From an uncultured delta proteobacterium (GTDB lineage: Bacteria > Myxococcota_A > Polyangia > Palsa-1104): a DNA stretch of 64,000 bases. The first letter of the stretch is position 1, and each line of letters starts with the position of its first letter. The notes under the pieces were generated by a model. That model did no database searches. It saw only the letters and a program-made list of their open reading frames with translations, and was not told the DNA's origin. Positions 22,137 to 32,979 of this stretch are shown one piece after another. The position numbers and the translations under genes were made by a program. The stretch spans positions 871,919 to 935,918 of the forward strand of contig CAWAWS010000007.1 in NCBI GenBank assembly GCA_963785725.1, read 5' to 3'.

Positions 22137-22975
22137 CGGCGTTTGCGCATGGCGGCCTCGTCGCCGATTACGAGCTGCGCGGCGACGCCGGCCAGCCGAC
22201 CGCGATCTTGCTGCACGGCCTGACCGTCGATCGGCGCATCGTCGCCGCCGCGTTCGACGAGCCGTTGGCGGCGGCGGGCGTGCGCCGGCTCTATGTCGAT
22301 CTGCCCGGGCATGGCGCCGCCGTCGCGCTCGGCAGCGACGCGAGCGCGGCGTCCGCCGACGGGCTGGCCGCGCTCGTGACGGCGCTGGCGCGGCGCGAGC
22401 TGGCGCTGCCCGATCGGCCGGGCGAGCTGTCGGCGCCGCTCGTCATCGGCTATTCGTACGGCGGCTATTTGGCGACGGCGCTGGTGCGCGATTTGGGCGG
22501 CGCGCGCGGCCTCTTCTTGTGCTGCCCGGTCGTCGAGCCCGACTTCGCGCGCCGGCAGCAGCCGCGCAAACGCGTGGCTTGGCGCGACGACGAGCTGCCG
22601 TTCTCCGACGATCCACGCGAGCGCGCGGCCTTCGACGAAGTGGCCGTGCAGCAGACGCGCGCCGTGTTGGCGGCCTTTGCCGCGCTCGTGCATCCGGCGA
22701 ACATCGCCGTCGACGCAGCGGTCGTCGCGGCGGTGCGCACGCGTTACGCGCTGTCGCGGCCGCTCGGCGACGCGCTCGTCAACCTCGACGCGCCGGCGAC
22801 GATCGTGTGCGGCCGCGACGATCATTGGGCCGGCTGGCAAGACGCGACGACGCTCGTGCGGCAGCTGCCGCGCGCCGCCTTCAGCGTGCTGCCCGACTGC
22901 GGCCACCTGTTGCCGATCGAGCAGCCGGAAGCCTTACGCGCGCTCGTGAACGACTGGCTCCGCCGCTGCGCCTAA
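22133..22975 (+). CDS. Alpha/beta hydrolase
   Basis: LLHGL, YVDLPGHG, GYSYGG, CGRDD, CGHLLPIEQP. ATG at 22133 overlaps the previous stop. Confidence 0.88.
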   Translation: MTAFAHGGLVADYELRGDAGQPTAILLHGLTVDRRIVAAAFDEPLAAAGVRRLYVDLPGHGAAVALGSDASAASADGLAALVTALARRELALPDRPGELSAPLVIGYSYGGYLATALVRDLGGARGLFLCCPVVEPDFARRQQPRKRVAWRDDELPFSDDPRERAAFDEVAVQQTRAVLAAFAALVHPANIAVDAAVVAAVRTRYALSRPLGDALVNLDAPATIVCGRDDHWAGWQDATTLVRQLPRAAFSVLPDCGHLLPIEQPEALRALVNDWLRRCA

Positions 22976-23000
22976 TGGTAACGCTGCGTAATCTGGAGGG

Positions 23001-23600
23001 TTACTTGGCTTTGCCTTTGACGGCGGAGACGGTGACCATGACCTGCGTCTGCTGGATCTCGTCTTTGACTTCCATCTTCACGAAGCGCTGCGCGCCGCGC
23101 GCGAGCACGAAATAGCGCTTCTTGCGGATGAGGCTGCGCGCGCCCAACGCCAACCCGGCGGCCGTGGCGACGCAGGCGTAGCCGAGCAGCTTGGTCAGGA
23201 GGTTGGTGCGCTGGTAGTCGGGATCGGGGTTGGCGTCGCTGCCGTCAGCGTCGTTGGGGCTGGGCTCGGGTGGCGCGGCGGTCGTCGCGTCGTCGCCGGG
23301 CGCGGCCGACGAGAAGAGCGACAGCGGCGACGCCATCGGCCGGCCCCACACGTCGTAGATTTCGTAGGCGCCGAAGCCGAGCAGCGGCAGCGCCAGCACG
23401 AGCAGCATGATGCCGAGCGCTGCGCGCGGCCGCACGATACTGCGGCTGACGACGTGGATGTCGTCGGTCGCCACCTCGACCTCGCCCGCGTCCGAGCGCT
23501 GCACGATGCGCTTGTTGGTGATGATGAGCTTGTGCTGCTCGTTCTCCGCGTAGGGCACGGGAAACAAAATGTTCTCGTGCAATGCGGCTTTGAACGCCAT
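23001..23600 (-). CDS. Hypothetical two-TM membrane protein (PH-like strands flanking the TM pair)
   Basis: ATG at 23600; KLIITNKRIV motif; two hydrophobic helices; GC-biased third codon positions. Confidence 0.7.
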   Translation of the reverse strand: MAFKAALHENILFPVPYAENEQHKLIITNKRIVQRSDAGEVEVATDDIHVVSRSIVRPRAALGIMLLVLALPLLGFGAYEIYDVWGRPMASPLSLFSSAAPGDDATTAAPPEPSPNDADGSDANPDPDYQRTNLLTKLLGYACVATAAGLALGARSLIRKKRYFVLARGAQRFVKMEVKDEIQQTQVMVTVSAVKGKAK

Positions 23601-23687
23601 GGCGAGGGAGAATAGCAACTTTGGGGGCCGCTTGCCGATAACCAATATGGGGCGTGGTATTCTTGACGTCCCGGAGGCGCGCTCGAG

Positions 23688-24503
23688 ATGACCTTCCTGA
23701 ACCCGTCGCACGGTACCCCGCAGCACAACGTCCGCCGCATGAGCGGCGTCGCGGTCGGCGTCGTCACCAACAACGTCGACGACAACAGCGGCTACCGCGT
23801 AAAGGTGCGCTTTCCGTGGCTGCCGAACGGCGGCGACCAGGGCGAAGAGAGCCATTGGTGCCGCATCGCCACGTTCATGGGCGGGCCCGATCGCGGCGCG
23901 TTTTGGCTGCCCGAAGTGAACGACGAGGTGTTGGTCGCGTTCAACCATGGTGATCTGGAGCACGGTTTCATCATCGGCGCGCTCTGGAACGGCAGCGACA
24001 AGGCGATCTACAGCAACAAAGACGCCAGCGGCAAAGTCACCGACGCCGCTTTCCAAGGCAAGAACGAAGCGAAGAAGAACGATCTGCGCGCCATTCGTTC
24101 GCGCATCGGCCATCAGCTCATCTTCAACGACAACGCGTCCGAGCCGCGCGTGGCGCTGCACTCGGCGCAGAAGCATCGCATCGTGCTCGACGACAAGAAC
24201 AACGCGCCGACGCAGATCGAGATTTACGACGGTAAAGAGGAGAACTACATCCTCATCGACACGGTGAACAAGAAGATCACGATCGAGTCGAAGTCGGGCG
24301 ACATGCTCCTGAAGTGCAAGGAGACGTTCTCGATCGAGGCCAAAGAGATCAAGCTCAAGTCCGATCAGAACACGACGCTCACAGTCGGCAAGAACTTCGA
24401 GATGAAGGCCTCTTCGAACATGACGATCAAGGCGTCGGGAACGGGCGACGTCGAGTCGTCGGACGCGATGACGATCAAGGGCTCGAAGGTCAACATCAAC
24501 TAA
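23688..24503 (+). CDS. Baseplate spike protein (gp5 / baseplate assembly protein V, eCIS-type)
   Basis: OB-fold GVVTNNVD...RVKVRFPWL...WCRIAT...LPEVNDEVLVAF..GD...IIGALWNG, then beta-helix repeats ending IKGSKVNIN. RBS GGAGG. Confidence 0.92.
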   Translation: MTFLNPSHGTPQHNVRRMSGVAVGVVTNNVDDNSGYRVKVRFPWLPNGGDQGEESHWCRIATFMGGPDRGAFWLPEVNDEVLVAFNHGDLEHGFIIGALWNGSDKAIYSNKDASGKVTDAAFQGKNEAKKNDLRAIRSRIGHQLIFNDNASEPRVALHSAQKHRIVLDDKNNAPTQIEIYDGKEENYILIDTVNKKITIESKSGDMLLKCKETFSIEAKEIKLKSDQNTTLTVGKNFEMKASSNMTIKASGTGDVESSDAMTIKGSKVNIN

Positions 24504-24536
24504 GCGGCAGCCTCACGAGTCGGGAGACACTGTTTC

Positions 24537-25409
24537 ATGCCGAGCCTGCAGTTCATCAAGATCCTCGGGAATCTGAAGTTCTTCTCGCATGGGCTGAAGC
24601 TGCCGGTGAATTGGCAGGCGCCGTCGGGGAGCGATCCGAGCAAGCAGTACAGCGACTCGCTGCAGCCGTCGGAGAAGGTGGCGGTGCCGCAGCTGATTCC
24701 GCCGTGGTTCATGCCGCAAGAGCCGCAGAAGTATTTTCAGGACAGCGCCGACAAGATCGGCAACGAGTTCAAATCGTTTCACGACTCGATGCTCGACGCC
24801 GTGCAGTTCGGCCACAACATGTGGAAGCTGCAGGCGAAGTTTCAGAACCTGCAGGTGATGGGGCCGTCCGCGATCGGCTCGCCCGGCTGTCTCGATGGGC
24901 CGGAGCTGGAGTCGCTCATCAAGAACGCGCCGCAGTGCGCCGCTTTCACCGGCAACAAAGCGAAGTATCGCGACGCCGTGGCCGCGGGCGTGTCGAAGTG
25001 CTTCAAGGATTGGCAAGGGCAGGTGATGGTGCCGGGGTTGCCGTGGTATCCGGCGTTCGCGATGTTTCCGGGGCCGATGGCGCCGCCGATGCCGAACATT
25101 CCCACGCCGCTGATCGCCTGTCCGTCGGCGATGATGGCGCGCATGGCGACACCGACGCAGATCGCGACCGAGATGAAGAACGCGCTCGACTCGGGCCTGC
25201 AGAACGACGACAAGTCGAAGCAGTTCGAAGCGCTGTTCGACGCGCTGGCGACGGTGATTTCGCTGGCGTTCATGATCTGGCTGCCGAGTCAGCAGGTCAT
25301 GCTGGTCATGGGCAAAGGGCAGATTCCGACGTTCGCGCCGCCGTTCGTGCCGGCGGGCCCGGTGTTGGCCGGCGACAATCTGCCGGTGCCCGGCTCGCTC
25401 ATGAGCTAG
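24537..25409 (+). CDS. Hypothetical 290-aa protein with three internal D-x12-W repeats; candidate spike tip
   Basis: Strong GC3 codon bias, RBS GGGAG, 33 bp downstream of the spike gene. Coding status is well supported; the function is inferred. Confidence 0.75.
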   Translation: MPSLQFIKILGNLKFFSHGLKLPVNWQAPSGSDPSKQYSDSLQPSEKVAVPQLIPPWFMPQEPQKYFQDSADKIGNEFKSFHDSMLDAVQFGHNMWKLQAKFQNLQVMGPSAIGSPGCLDGPELESLIKNAPQCAAFTGNKAKYRDAVAAGVSKCFKDWQGQVMVPGLPWYPAFAMFPGPMAPPMPNIPTPLIACPSAMMARMATPTQIATEMKNALDSGLQNDDKSKQFEALFDALATVISLAFMIWLPSQQVMLVMGKGQIPTFAPPFVPAGPVLAGDNLPVPGSLMS

Positions 25410-27089
25410 CCGCAGCCGTTGCCTTGGCCGTTGTCGGTGCCCGAGTCGAGGCGTCGACGTGCTCGGCTGCGGCGCGCTCGTGTTCGTCATCGTGCCGCCG
25501 TATTCGAAGCGCGGGTTACTGCCATCGGGATCGGTCGTGTAGCTGATGATCGGGATCGACGGCACCGACGGCGGCAGCTGGTTGACGACGTTCTGCACCT
25601 GGCTCTGTCGCCCCGGCGTGTTCCAGCCGTAGACGACGAGCCCGACGATCGCGTTCGGATCGTAGCCGTTGGTCTGGACTTCGTTGTTGTCGAGCGGCCG
25701 GCCTTGGTTCACCGGCTCCTCCTGCTTATGGTGCAGATCGTTCTTCAGGTTGCTCAGCTGGTCGTTCGCGCTCTGTCCGCTCATCGGAGTCTCGCCCGGC
25801 TGCAGCGTCGCGCTGCTCGCCGAATCGGTGGAGCTGATGTTGATGTAGTGCGGACCCACCTGATTCGGGTCGAGGACGATGCCGACGGTGCGTCCGAGCG
25901 GACCAGCCTGCGGCCCCATGTTGAAGAAGTTGGGCACGAGCGAGCTGTCGTTGTAGGTCCAGCGATAGCGATAGTTCGGATCCTGCGTGAAGTTCAGCGG
26001 TAAATCTCGGGTCTGTACGGTGCGGACGAGCACGCCGTTGCGGAAGATCTCTTCGACGCGCTGGCCCGTCGTCGGATCTTGGGTGACCACGACCGTCGTT
26101 CCCGACGAGCCCGAAGGACCACCGAGGCGCGGCGGGCGTATGCCGGGCGGCCGCAAGCCGGGCGGACCGGGCGGACCCGGCGGCGGCGGCGGTGGCGGCG
26201 GTCCGCCGGTCGACGACGAAGACAGCGGCGGTGCAGGCGGCGGCGGTGGCGGTGGCGGCACATGGGTCGACGTCGGCGGGCCCGGCGGCGGTGGGGGCGG
26301 AGGAGGAGGAGGCGGCGGCACGGTGTCGCCGAGAAGAATCTGCGAGCCCGACTTCGGATTGCCGTTGTGCACCCACAAGCCGCGCGCACCGACGAAGTAC
26401 GTATGAAAGTCGGCGACCTCGAGGTTGAACACCGGCACGTGCGCGTCGAGCGAGGCGACGGCCGCGATGGCGAGCGGCGCGCCCTCGGCGTCGAGCAGCA
26501 CGTCGCGCTCGGGCTCGAGCGTGCGCGCTTCGACCCAGCCGCGGCCCTCGACGTGCACGCGATGATTCGGCGTCAGCTCGAGCACGTCGACGTCGTCGCT
26601 GCCGGCTTTGGCGATCGTCAGCTGCACCAACGACCTCGACGAGCTGACGAACGTCTTGACGATCGGCTTCCAGTCGGCGGCGTCGCCCTCTTGATCGCGC
26701 GACCACACGCGCGTGCCTGCGGTCAGCGACTCGATCGGCCGCAATCCGGCGTCGGTCAGGACGAGCGTGCCGGCGACGAAGCAGCACTTGCCGCCGACGC
26801 AGGTCGTGCTCGGCGTCGGACCGGCGCTGCCCGGCGGCGGCGGCGGCGCGTCGTTGGCAGCGAGCGTGCCGTCGTCGCAGCTGACGTTGTCGGCGTCGCC
26901 GCTGTCGCTGAGCAGGGCCGAGAGCATGCCGTTGGCCTTGGCGACTTTGCAGCGGTACTTGCCGCCGAACTTCTTGAAGCCGCCGACGCCGACGATCGCC
27001 GTGATGGCGATGAAGACGACGATGGTGATGTACTCGACGGCCGACGCGCCGCGCGTAGGGCGGCTTCGTCGCGACAAGGCGGGACGCAT
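25406..27089 (-). CDS. Flp/Tad pilin - HINT - polyproline - unknown C-terminal domain fusion (~560 aa, one frameshift near 25450)
   Basis: AGGAGGAG RBS before the ATG at 27089. RG^ASAVEY plus hydrophobic helix; HINT from CFVAGTLV (26783) to VFNLEVADFHTYFVG..GLWVHN (26364). Removing one base near 25450 gives ...LDSGTDNGQGNGCG* ending in a CTAG shared with the convergent gene. Confidence 0.85.
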
Positions 27090-27203
27090 GACTCCTCCTG
27101 AGTCGGGCCTGGTTTGCAAACGCGGCACCGCACGCGCGTCCTTCGATTTCAGCGGTTTACGCAGCCAGCTGGGGCGCGCAGCCTCGGCGGTGGGTGGGAA
27201 AGT

Positions 27204-27731
27204 CTACTTCTTGCGCGCCAGGCCGCCGAGCCAGTTGGGATCGGCGCGCAGCCGCTCCAGCTCTTCGCGCACCTCGGGCGTCCCTTGTTCTTCGAGATCG
27301 GTGAGCGCTTGGTCGACGGCGCTGCGCATCTTGCCGTCGGCGTCACGGTCGACCTTGCGGCGGCGCGCCTGCGCGATGGCGAGCAGCTCGATGTCGCGCG
27401 GATCGGTGGTCGGCATCGCCTTCGACAGGACGCCCATCTCGTCATTGACGACGACGCTCTGCAGCTCGACGCCGGTCAACGCCAAGACGCGCTGCCGCTG
27501 ATCGGGCGTCAGCATGACCTCGAGCGAGCCGCGCGGCGGCGGTCCGGCCTTGGCCAGCTCCTGCTTCTCGAACGCCTTGGCCAGCACTTCGAGCTCTTGA
27601 CCGTCGCGCTCGAGCTCCTTGGTCAACCCTTGAATGGCGTCGATGTCCTTCTCGGTGGCGAGCCGCTCGGCTTTGGCCACCATCTCTCGCTGCTTTTGCA
27701 TCAGCTCGTCCATGCTGATCTCGCGCGCCAT
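27204..27731 (-). CDS. Hypothetical helical/coiled-coil protein
   Basis: 175-aa charged ORF with typical codon bias, 9 bp after the methyltransferase stop. Confidence 0.75.
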   Translation of the reverse strand: MAREISMDELMQKQREMVAKAERLATEKDIDAIQGLTKELERDGQELEVLAKAFEKQELAKAGPPPRGSLEVMLTPDQRQRVLALTGVELQSVVVNDEMGVLSKAMPTTDPRDIELLAIAQARRRKVDRDADGKMRSAVDQALTDLEEQGTPEVREELERLRADPNWLGGLARKK

Positions 27732-27740
27732 CCGTGTACT

Positions 27741-28778
27741 TTAGCGCGCCTTCGTGGCCCGCAGCCAGTGCACGCGATACATCGTCGCCGCGCGCGCATC
27801 GCGGCGCAGCGTCCACGGCAGCTCGGCCTCGTCAGCGATCGCGTAGCGCGCCTCCAAGTCGTGACCGTCGGCGAAGCGCTGCCGCAGCGTGGCCGCCGGG
27901 TCGGCGCCGCCGAGCCGCTGCTCTTCGTCCACGATGCCGCTCTGCCACGAATAGGGCGACGTGAGGACCACGTCGCCGCCGGGCGCGCACAGGCCGTCGA
28001 CGACCGAGATGAGCTGCGCCGGCGTCGCGACCGCGTCGACGAGGTTGAGCGCGACGACGCGATCGAACGCGCCCGGCACCAACGGCGGATCGAGCGCGTC
28101 GCCGCAGACGAAGTCGATCGCCGGTGCGGGCGTGGGCGCGGCGATGGTCGCGGTCGTGTAGTGGCGGCCGGCGGCGCGGCGAGCGTAGGCGAGCGGTAGG
28201 CCGCGGGCGAGGCGGCGGGCGCGACGCAGCGCCGCGAATTGCAGATCGACGGCGACGACGTGGGCGCCGGCGCGCGCCAATTCCCACGCGCCGCGACCGG
28301 CGCTCGCGCCCAGCTCGACCGTCGCAGCGCGTGGCGGCAGCGCGGCCAGCTTCGCGGCGATCGCGGCCATCCCGAACGGCGGCGAGGGGCCGTCGGGCGG
28401 CGGCGTGGCGCGATCGCCCCAATGCGCATCCAAGTAGACCGACAGATGCTCGATGAGCCAGGGATAGGGCGCGTCGTCGGGACCGGCCGCGGCCAAGAGC
28501 GCGGCGGTCGCGGGATGCAGGTTCGGCTCGAGGATGCCGGCGCCGAAGCGTTGTAAGTGCGCGGCCGAGCCGGCGACGACGATGGGGATGCCGTCGACGA
28601 TCGGGTAGCGGCGGCCGCAGGCGGCGTTGTCGCAGGCGAGCTGGCCGTCTTCGACCTCGCCGGCGGCGACGGCGAACGTGGCGACGAGCGACAGCGTGTG
28701 CAGCTCGCGGCCGCGCTCGGTGCGCGCGCGACAGGCGGGACAGATGAGCGGCAACAGCGACGGCAAATCAACGCGCAC
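27741..28778 (-). CDS. SAM-dependent methyltransferase with N-terminal Trm112-like zinc ribbon
   Basis: LICPAC...LACDNAACGRRYPIVDGIP; VELGASAGRG; GDALDPP...FDRVVALNLVD; PGGDVVLTSPYSW. Confidence 0.82.
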   Translation of the reverse strand: MRVDLPSLLPLICPACRARTERGRELHTLSLVATFAVAAGEVEDGQLACDNAACGRRYPIVDGIPIVVAGSAAHLQRFGAGILEPNLHPATAALLAAAGPDDAPYPWLIEHLSVYLDAHWGDRATPPPDGPSPPFGMAAIAAKLAALPPRAATVELGASAGRGAWELARAGAHVVAVDLQFAALRRARRLARGLPLAYARRAAGRHYTTATIAAPTPAPAIDFVCGDALDPPLVPGAFDRVVALNLVDAVATPAQLISVVDGLCAPGGDVVLTSPYSWQSGIVDEEQRLGGADPAATLRQRFADGHDLEARYAIADEAELPWTLRRDARAATMYRVHWLRATKAR

Positions 28779-28792
28779 GCGCTACCGTAACA

Positions 28793-30135
28793 TCAATCCT
28801 CGGGGTGCTCTATGGACTGCGCGATCGCCTCGCGGCGGGCGCGGCGCGCTTCGGGGATGTGCGTGGCGTAGTAGCTCACCTGCCAGTCGTCGAACGACCA
28901 CAAGCGATGGCGCCACTTCTCGCGGTCGATGTCGCGGCCGTTGCTGGCGTTCCAGCCGTCGGTGTCGTAGGTGAACGCGCCGAGCGCCTGCACGGCGACG
29001 GACCAGCCGAGCACGAGGCCGGCGACGATGCGGCGCCAGCGCTGCGCGAAGACGAAGTCGACGAGCGGCACCAGCATGAGCGCGAGCAGCGGCGTGACGT
29101 CGACGAGCGGGCGATAGCCGTAAGTCCAGCCGCCCCACCAATCGAACCACTTGGCGGCGATGGCGATGAGACCGAGCGCGGCGATCGCGAGCGGGCGCAG
29201 CGTGGCGAAGCGATCGCTGCGCAGATCGAAGATGGGGACGAGCGCGACGAACGAGAGCACGAACAGCGGCGAAAAGATGAACAGCCCGCGCGACGGGCTC
29301 ACGAGTAGGCCGGCGAGCCCGAAGCCGAACGGCGTCTGCCATGGGTCGGCGACGCCGGTCTTGCCGCGGGCGATGTCGGCGGCGCGCTCGGTCTGGCCGG
29401 TGTTCCAGGGCGCGCCCAGCCAGTGCCAATTGTAGAGCGCGAGCGGAATCAAGAGCGCGGCGGCGCCGGCGGCGAAGCGCAGGCCGCGCCGCCACTCGCG
29501 ACCGAGCAGCCACACGCCGACGCAGATGACGACGACGGCGCTCGTCGGGCGACACCACGTCGCGGCGCCCAAGGCCAAGCCGGCGCCGAGGTCGCGCTGG
29601 CGAATCAACAAGTAGGCGCCGAGCGCGAGGAAGAGCATGTCGGGGCCGTGTTGATAGAGCGCTTGGCTGGCGATGCTCCAGGCGCAGCCGCCGAGCGCGT
29701 ACGCGATGGCGACGGCGAGCGCGCGACGCTGCGTCGTAAAGGCCAGCGCCGCTAGGAATACGAAGGCGGCCGACGCGGCGACGCAGGCGGCGGCGATGGC
29801 CTTGGCCGCGTACCACAAGAGCCAAGGATGCGACTCGAGGCGACCGACGGTGACGCGCAGCGCGGCCAGCACCGGCAGCGCGGTCAGGCCGGCGCCGAGG
29901 CCGAACGTGCCGGCGTAGCGACCCGGCGGCACCGAGGCCGTCAGGTAATATTTTTCGCCGTGCGGCGTGAACATGAACGGCTCTTCGGCGCGCGCGAACG
30001 TGAGCGCGTGATGATCGAGGATGGCGATGGTGAGCCAGACGTTTGGCTTGGCGCCGTTGGCGACGGCAAATCCGCCGTCGGCCAGGTACACGAGCCAAAG
30101 AGCGGCGAAGAGCAGCGCCGCAGTCCGCTTGGGTC

Positions 30136-30139
<4 letters not shown>
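28793..30139 (-). CDS. Multi-pass membrane glycosyltransferase, GT-C-like
   Basis: About 11 hydrophobic segments; SQALYQHGP, GLLVSPSRGLFIFSP, WWGGWTYGYRPL. GTG start overlaps the FIST gene stop. Confidence 0.7.
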
Positions 30140-31296
<1,157 letters not shown>

Positions 31297-31729
31297 GGAC
31301 TTATTGTACGCGAAAAGTGTCGATTGGGCGAGGGGCGCTGGTCCGCGACGGCCGGCGACCATCCCGTCGATCGATCCGCGCGCGACCACGCCCGACCACG
31401 CCCGACCACGCCGAGCGGTCGTCAGGCCAACGACCGGTAAGCGACTCTTCCCCACATCGCGCCACCCTCCGGTCGACTTGCGGCGGATGTTCCCGCGATC
31501 GGGCCGATCGTCGATTTCGGTCGTACGAAAAAGTCGCGAGACAAAAGTCGATCGGCTTCGTCATCCGTAAAACTGGCATTCGACCATACGTCGAAAAAGT
31601 TCCCGAAAGTGCGATGCGACACCCGAAACGAGTGACCGATGACGCAGACGACCACCTGTAAGTCCGCTAATTAGTACTCGCGATCAGTACGTTTTTTAGT
31701 TTACGATAAAGGTTCTGACGAAACTGCCG

Positions 31730-32950
31730 ATGGGGACGGTGATGCTACCGGTGGAGACATTCTTGATAGCGGTTGGGGTGGCGGCGGTGCTCACTCCCCT
31801 GGTCCGTGCTGCCGCTCTGCGTTACGGCATGCTGGACGCCGTGGGCGGCCGCAAGGTCCATACCAAGCCGATTCCGCGTATCGGCGGTGTCGCGATTGTC
31901 GGCGGGTTCTACGCGGCCGTTACGATTCTCTTGATCGTGCATCCCGGTTTGCGCCGGCAGCTGATGGCGGACGGCTCGGGCCTCATGGCCATGCTCGTCG
32001 GCGGTCTGGCCATCGCCATCGCGGGTTTCTGCGATGACCTGCTCGACGCCAGCGCGCGCGTCAAGTTCGGCATTCAAATCGCCGTCGCGTGCGGGCTCTA
32101 CGCCTTCGGCTTTCGCGTGACGACGCTGACGATGCCGTGGGGCGTGATGGACCTCGGTCTCCTCAGCCTTCCGGTCACGGTGTTGTGGATCGTCGGCGTC
32201 ACCAACGCCGTCAACTTGATCGACGGCCTCGACGGCCTCGCCGGCGGCGTCTCGCTCATCGCGCTCGCGGCCGTGTTCTTCGTCGGCGCCTCGCGCGGCG
32301 ACGCCTTCATGATGTTGTTCTCGGCCGCGCTCGGTGGCGCCGTCCTCGGCTTCCTCTTCTACAACTTCAACCCGGCTACGATCTTCATGGGCGACACGGG
32401 CTCGATGTTCCTCGGCTTCATGCTCGCCGTCTGCTCGATCAAGGCGGGCCAGAAGTCGTCGACGGCGGTGGCGCTGTTCCCGGTGGCGCTCTTGGCGCTG
32501 CCCTTGTGCGACACGGTGGTGGCGATGTGGCGCCGGTTGGCCAGCGGTCTGCCGCCGTTCACGGGCGATCGCGAGCACTTTCATCATCGCCTCTTGGCGC
32601 GCGGCTTGAGCCATCGCCACGCGGTGACGACGCTGTACGGCGTGGCCTCGATCTTCGCGACGCTCGCGGTCGTGCTCTACGACGCGACGGGCTGGCTGCT
32701 CCTCGGCTCGATCGGCGGCCTCGTGCTCATGCTGCATACGCTGCTGAGCCAGCTCGGCTACTACCGCGACCTCGTGCCGCGCCGGCGGACGGCGGCGGCG
32801 GTGGCGACGGTGGTCGCGCTCACGCGCGTGCAGCCGCTGGCGACGACGCAGCGCCGCGTGCTGCGCCGGCGCGTGATTCCGTCGGTCGCCGATGCGTCGA
32901 TCGTGGCCGTGCCGCGGCGCGTGCGTCGCGACAGCTACATCGGCGAATAG
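31730..32950 (+). CDS. wecA: WecA/MraY-family undecaprenyl-phosphate sugar-1-phosphate transferase
   Basis: RKVHTKPIPRIGG, GFCDD, NAVNLIDGLDGLAGG, YNFNPATIFMGDTGS, GDREHFHHRL. Confidence 0.92.
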   Translation: MGTVMLPVETFLIAVGVAAVLTPLVRAAALRYGMLDAVGGRKVHTKPIPRIGGVAIVGGFYAAVTILLIVHPGLRRQLMADGSGLMAMLVGGLAIAIAGFCDDLLDASARVKFGIQIAVACGLYAFGFRVTTLTMPWGVMDLGLLSLPVTVLWIVGVTNAVNLIDGLDGLAGGVSLIALAAVFFVGASRGDAFMMLFSAALGGAVLGFLFYNFNPATIFMGDTGSMFLGFMLAVCSIKAGQKSSTAVALFPVALLALPLCDTVVAMWRRLASGLPPFTGDREHFHHRLLARGLSHRHAVTTLYGVASIFATLAVVLYDATGWLLLGSIGGLVLMLHTLLSQLGYYRDLVPRRRTAAAVATVVALTRVQPLATTQRRVLRRRVIPSVADASIVAVPRRVRRDSYIGE

Positions 32951-32979
32951 CGCGCTTCGCTTCTAATTCCCTACAAAAT

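Noticed and set aside
23688..24503. Prophage
   Set aside because: No integrase, capsid, terminase, tail or lysis genes nearby, and codon style matches the host.
24513..25450. C-terminal ~310 aa of the 871-aa ORF in the track
   Set aside because: It is antisense to the well-formed 290-aa gene and reads as Arg/His-rich shadow sequence. A one-base correction near 25450 ends the real protein at 25406.
26364..26783. Selfish protein-splicing intein
   Set aside because: No endonuclease domain, the +1 residue is Gly, and it is not inserted in a conserved host enzyme. It fits a toxin-type autoproteolytic HINT.
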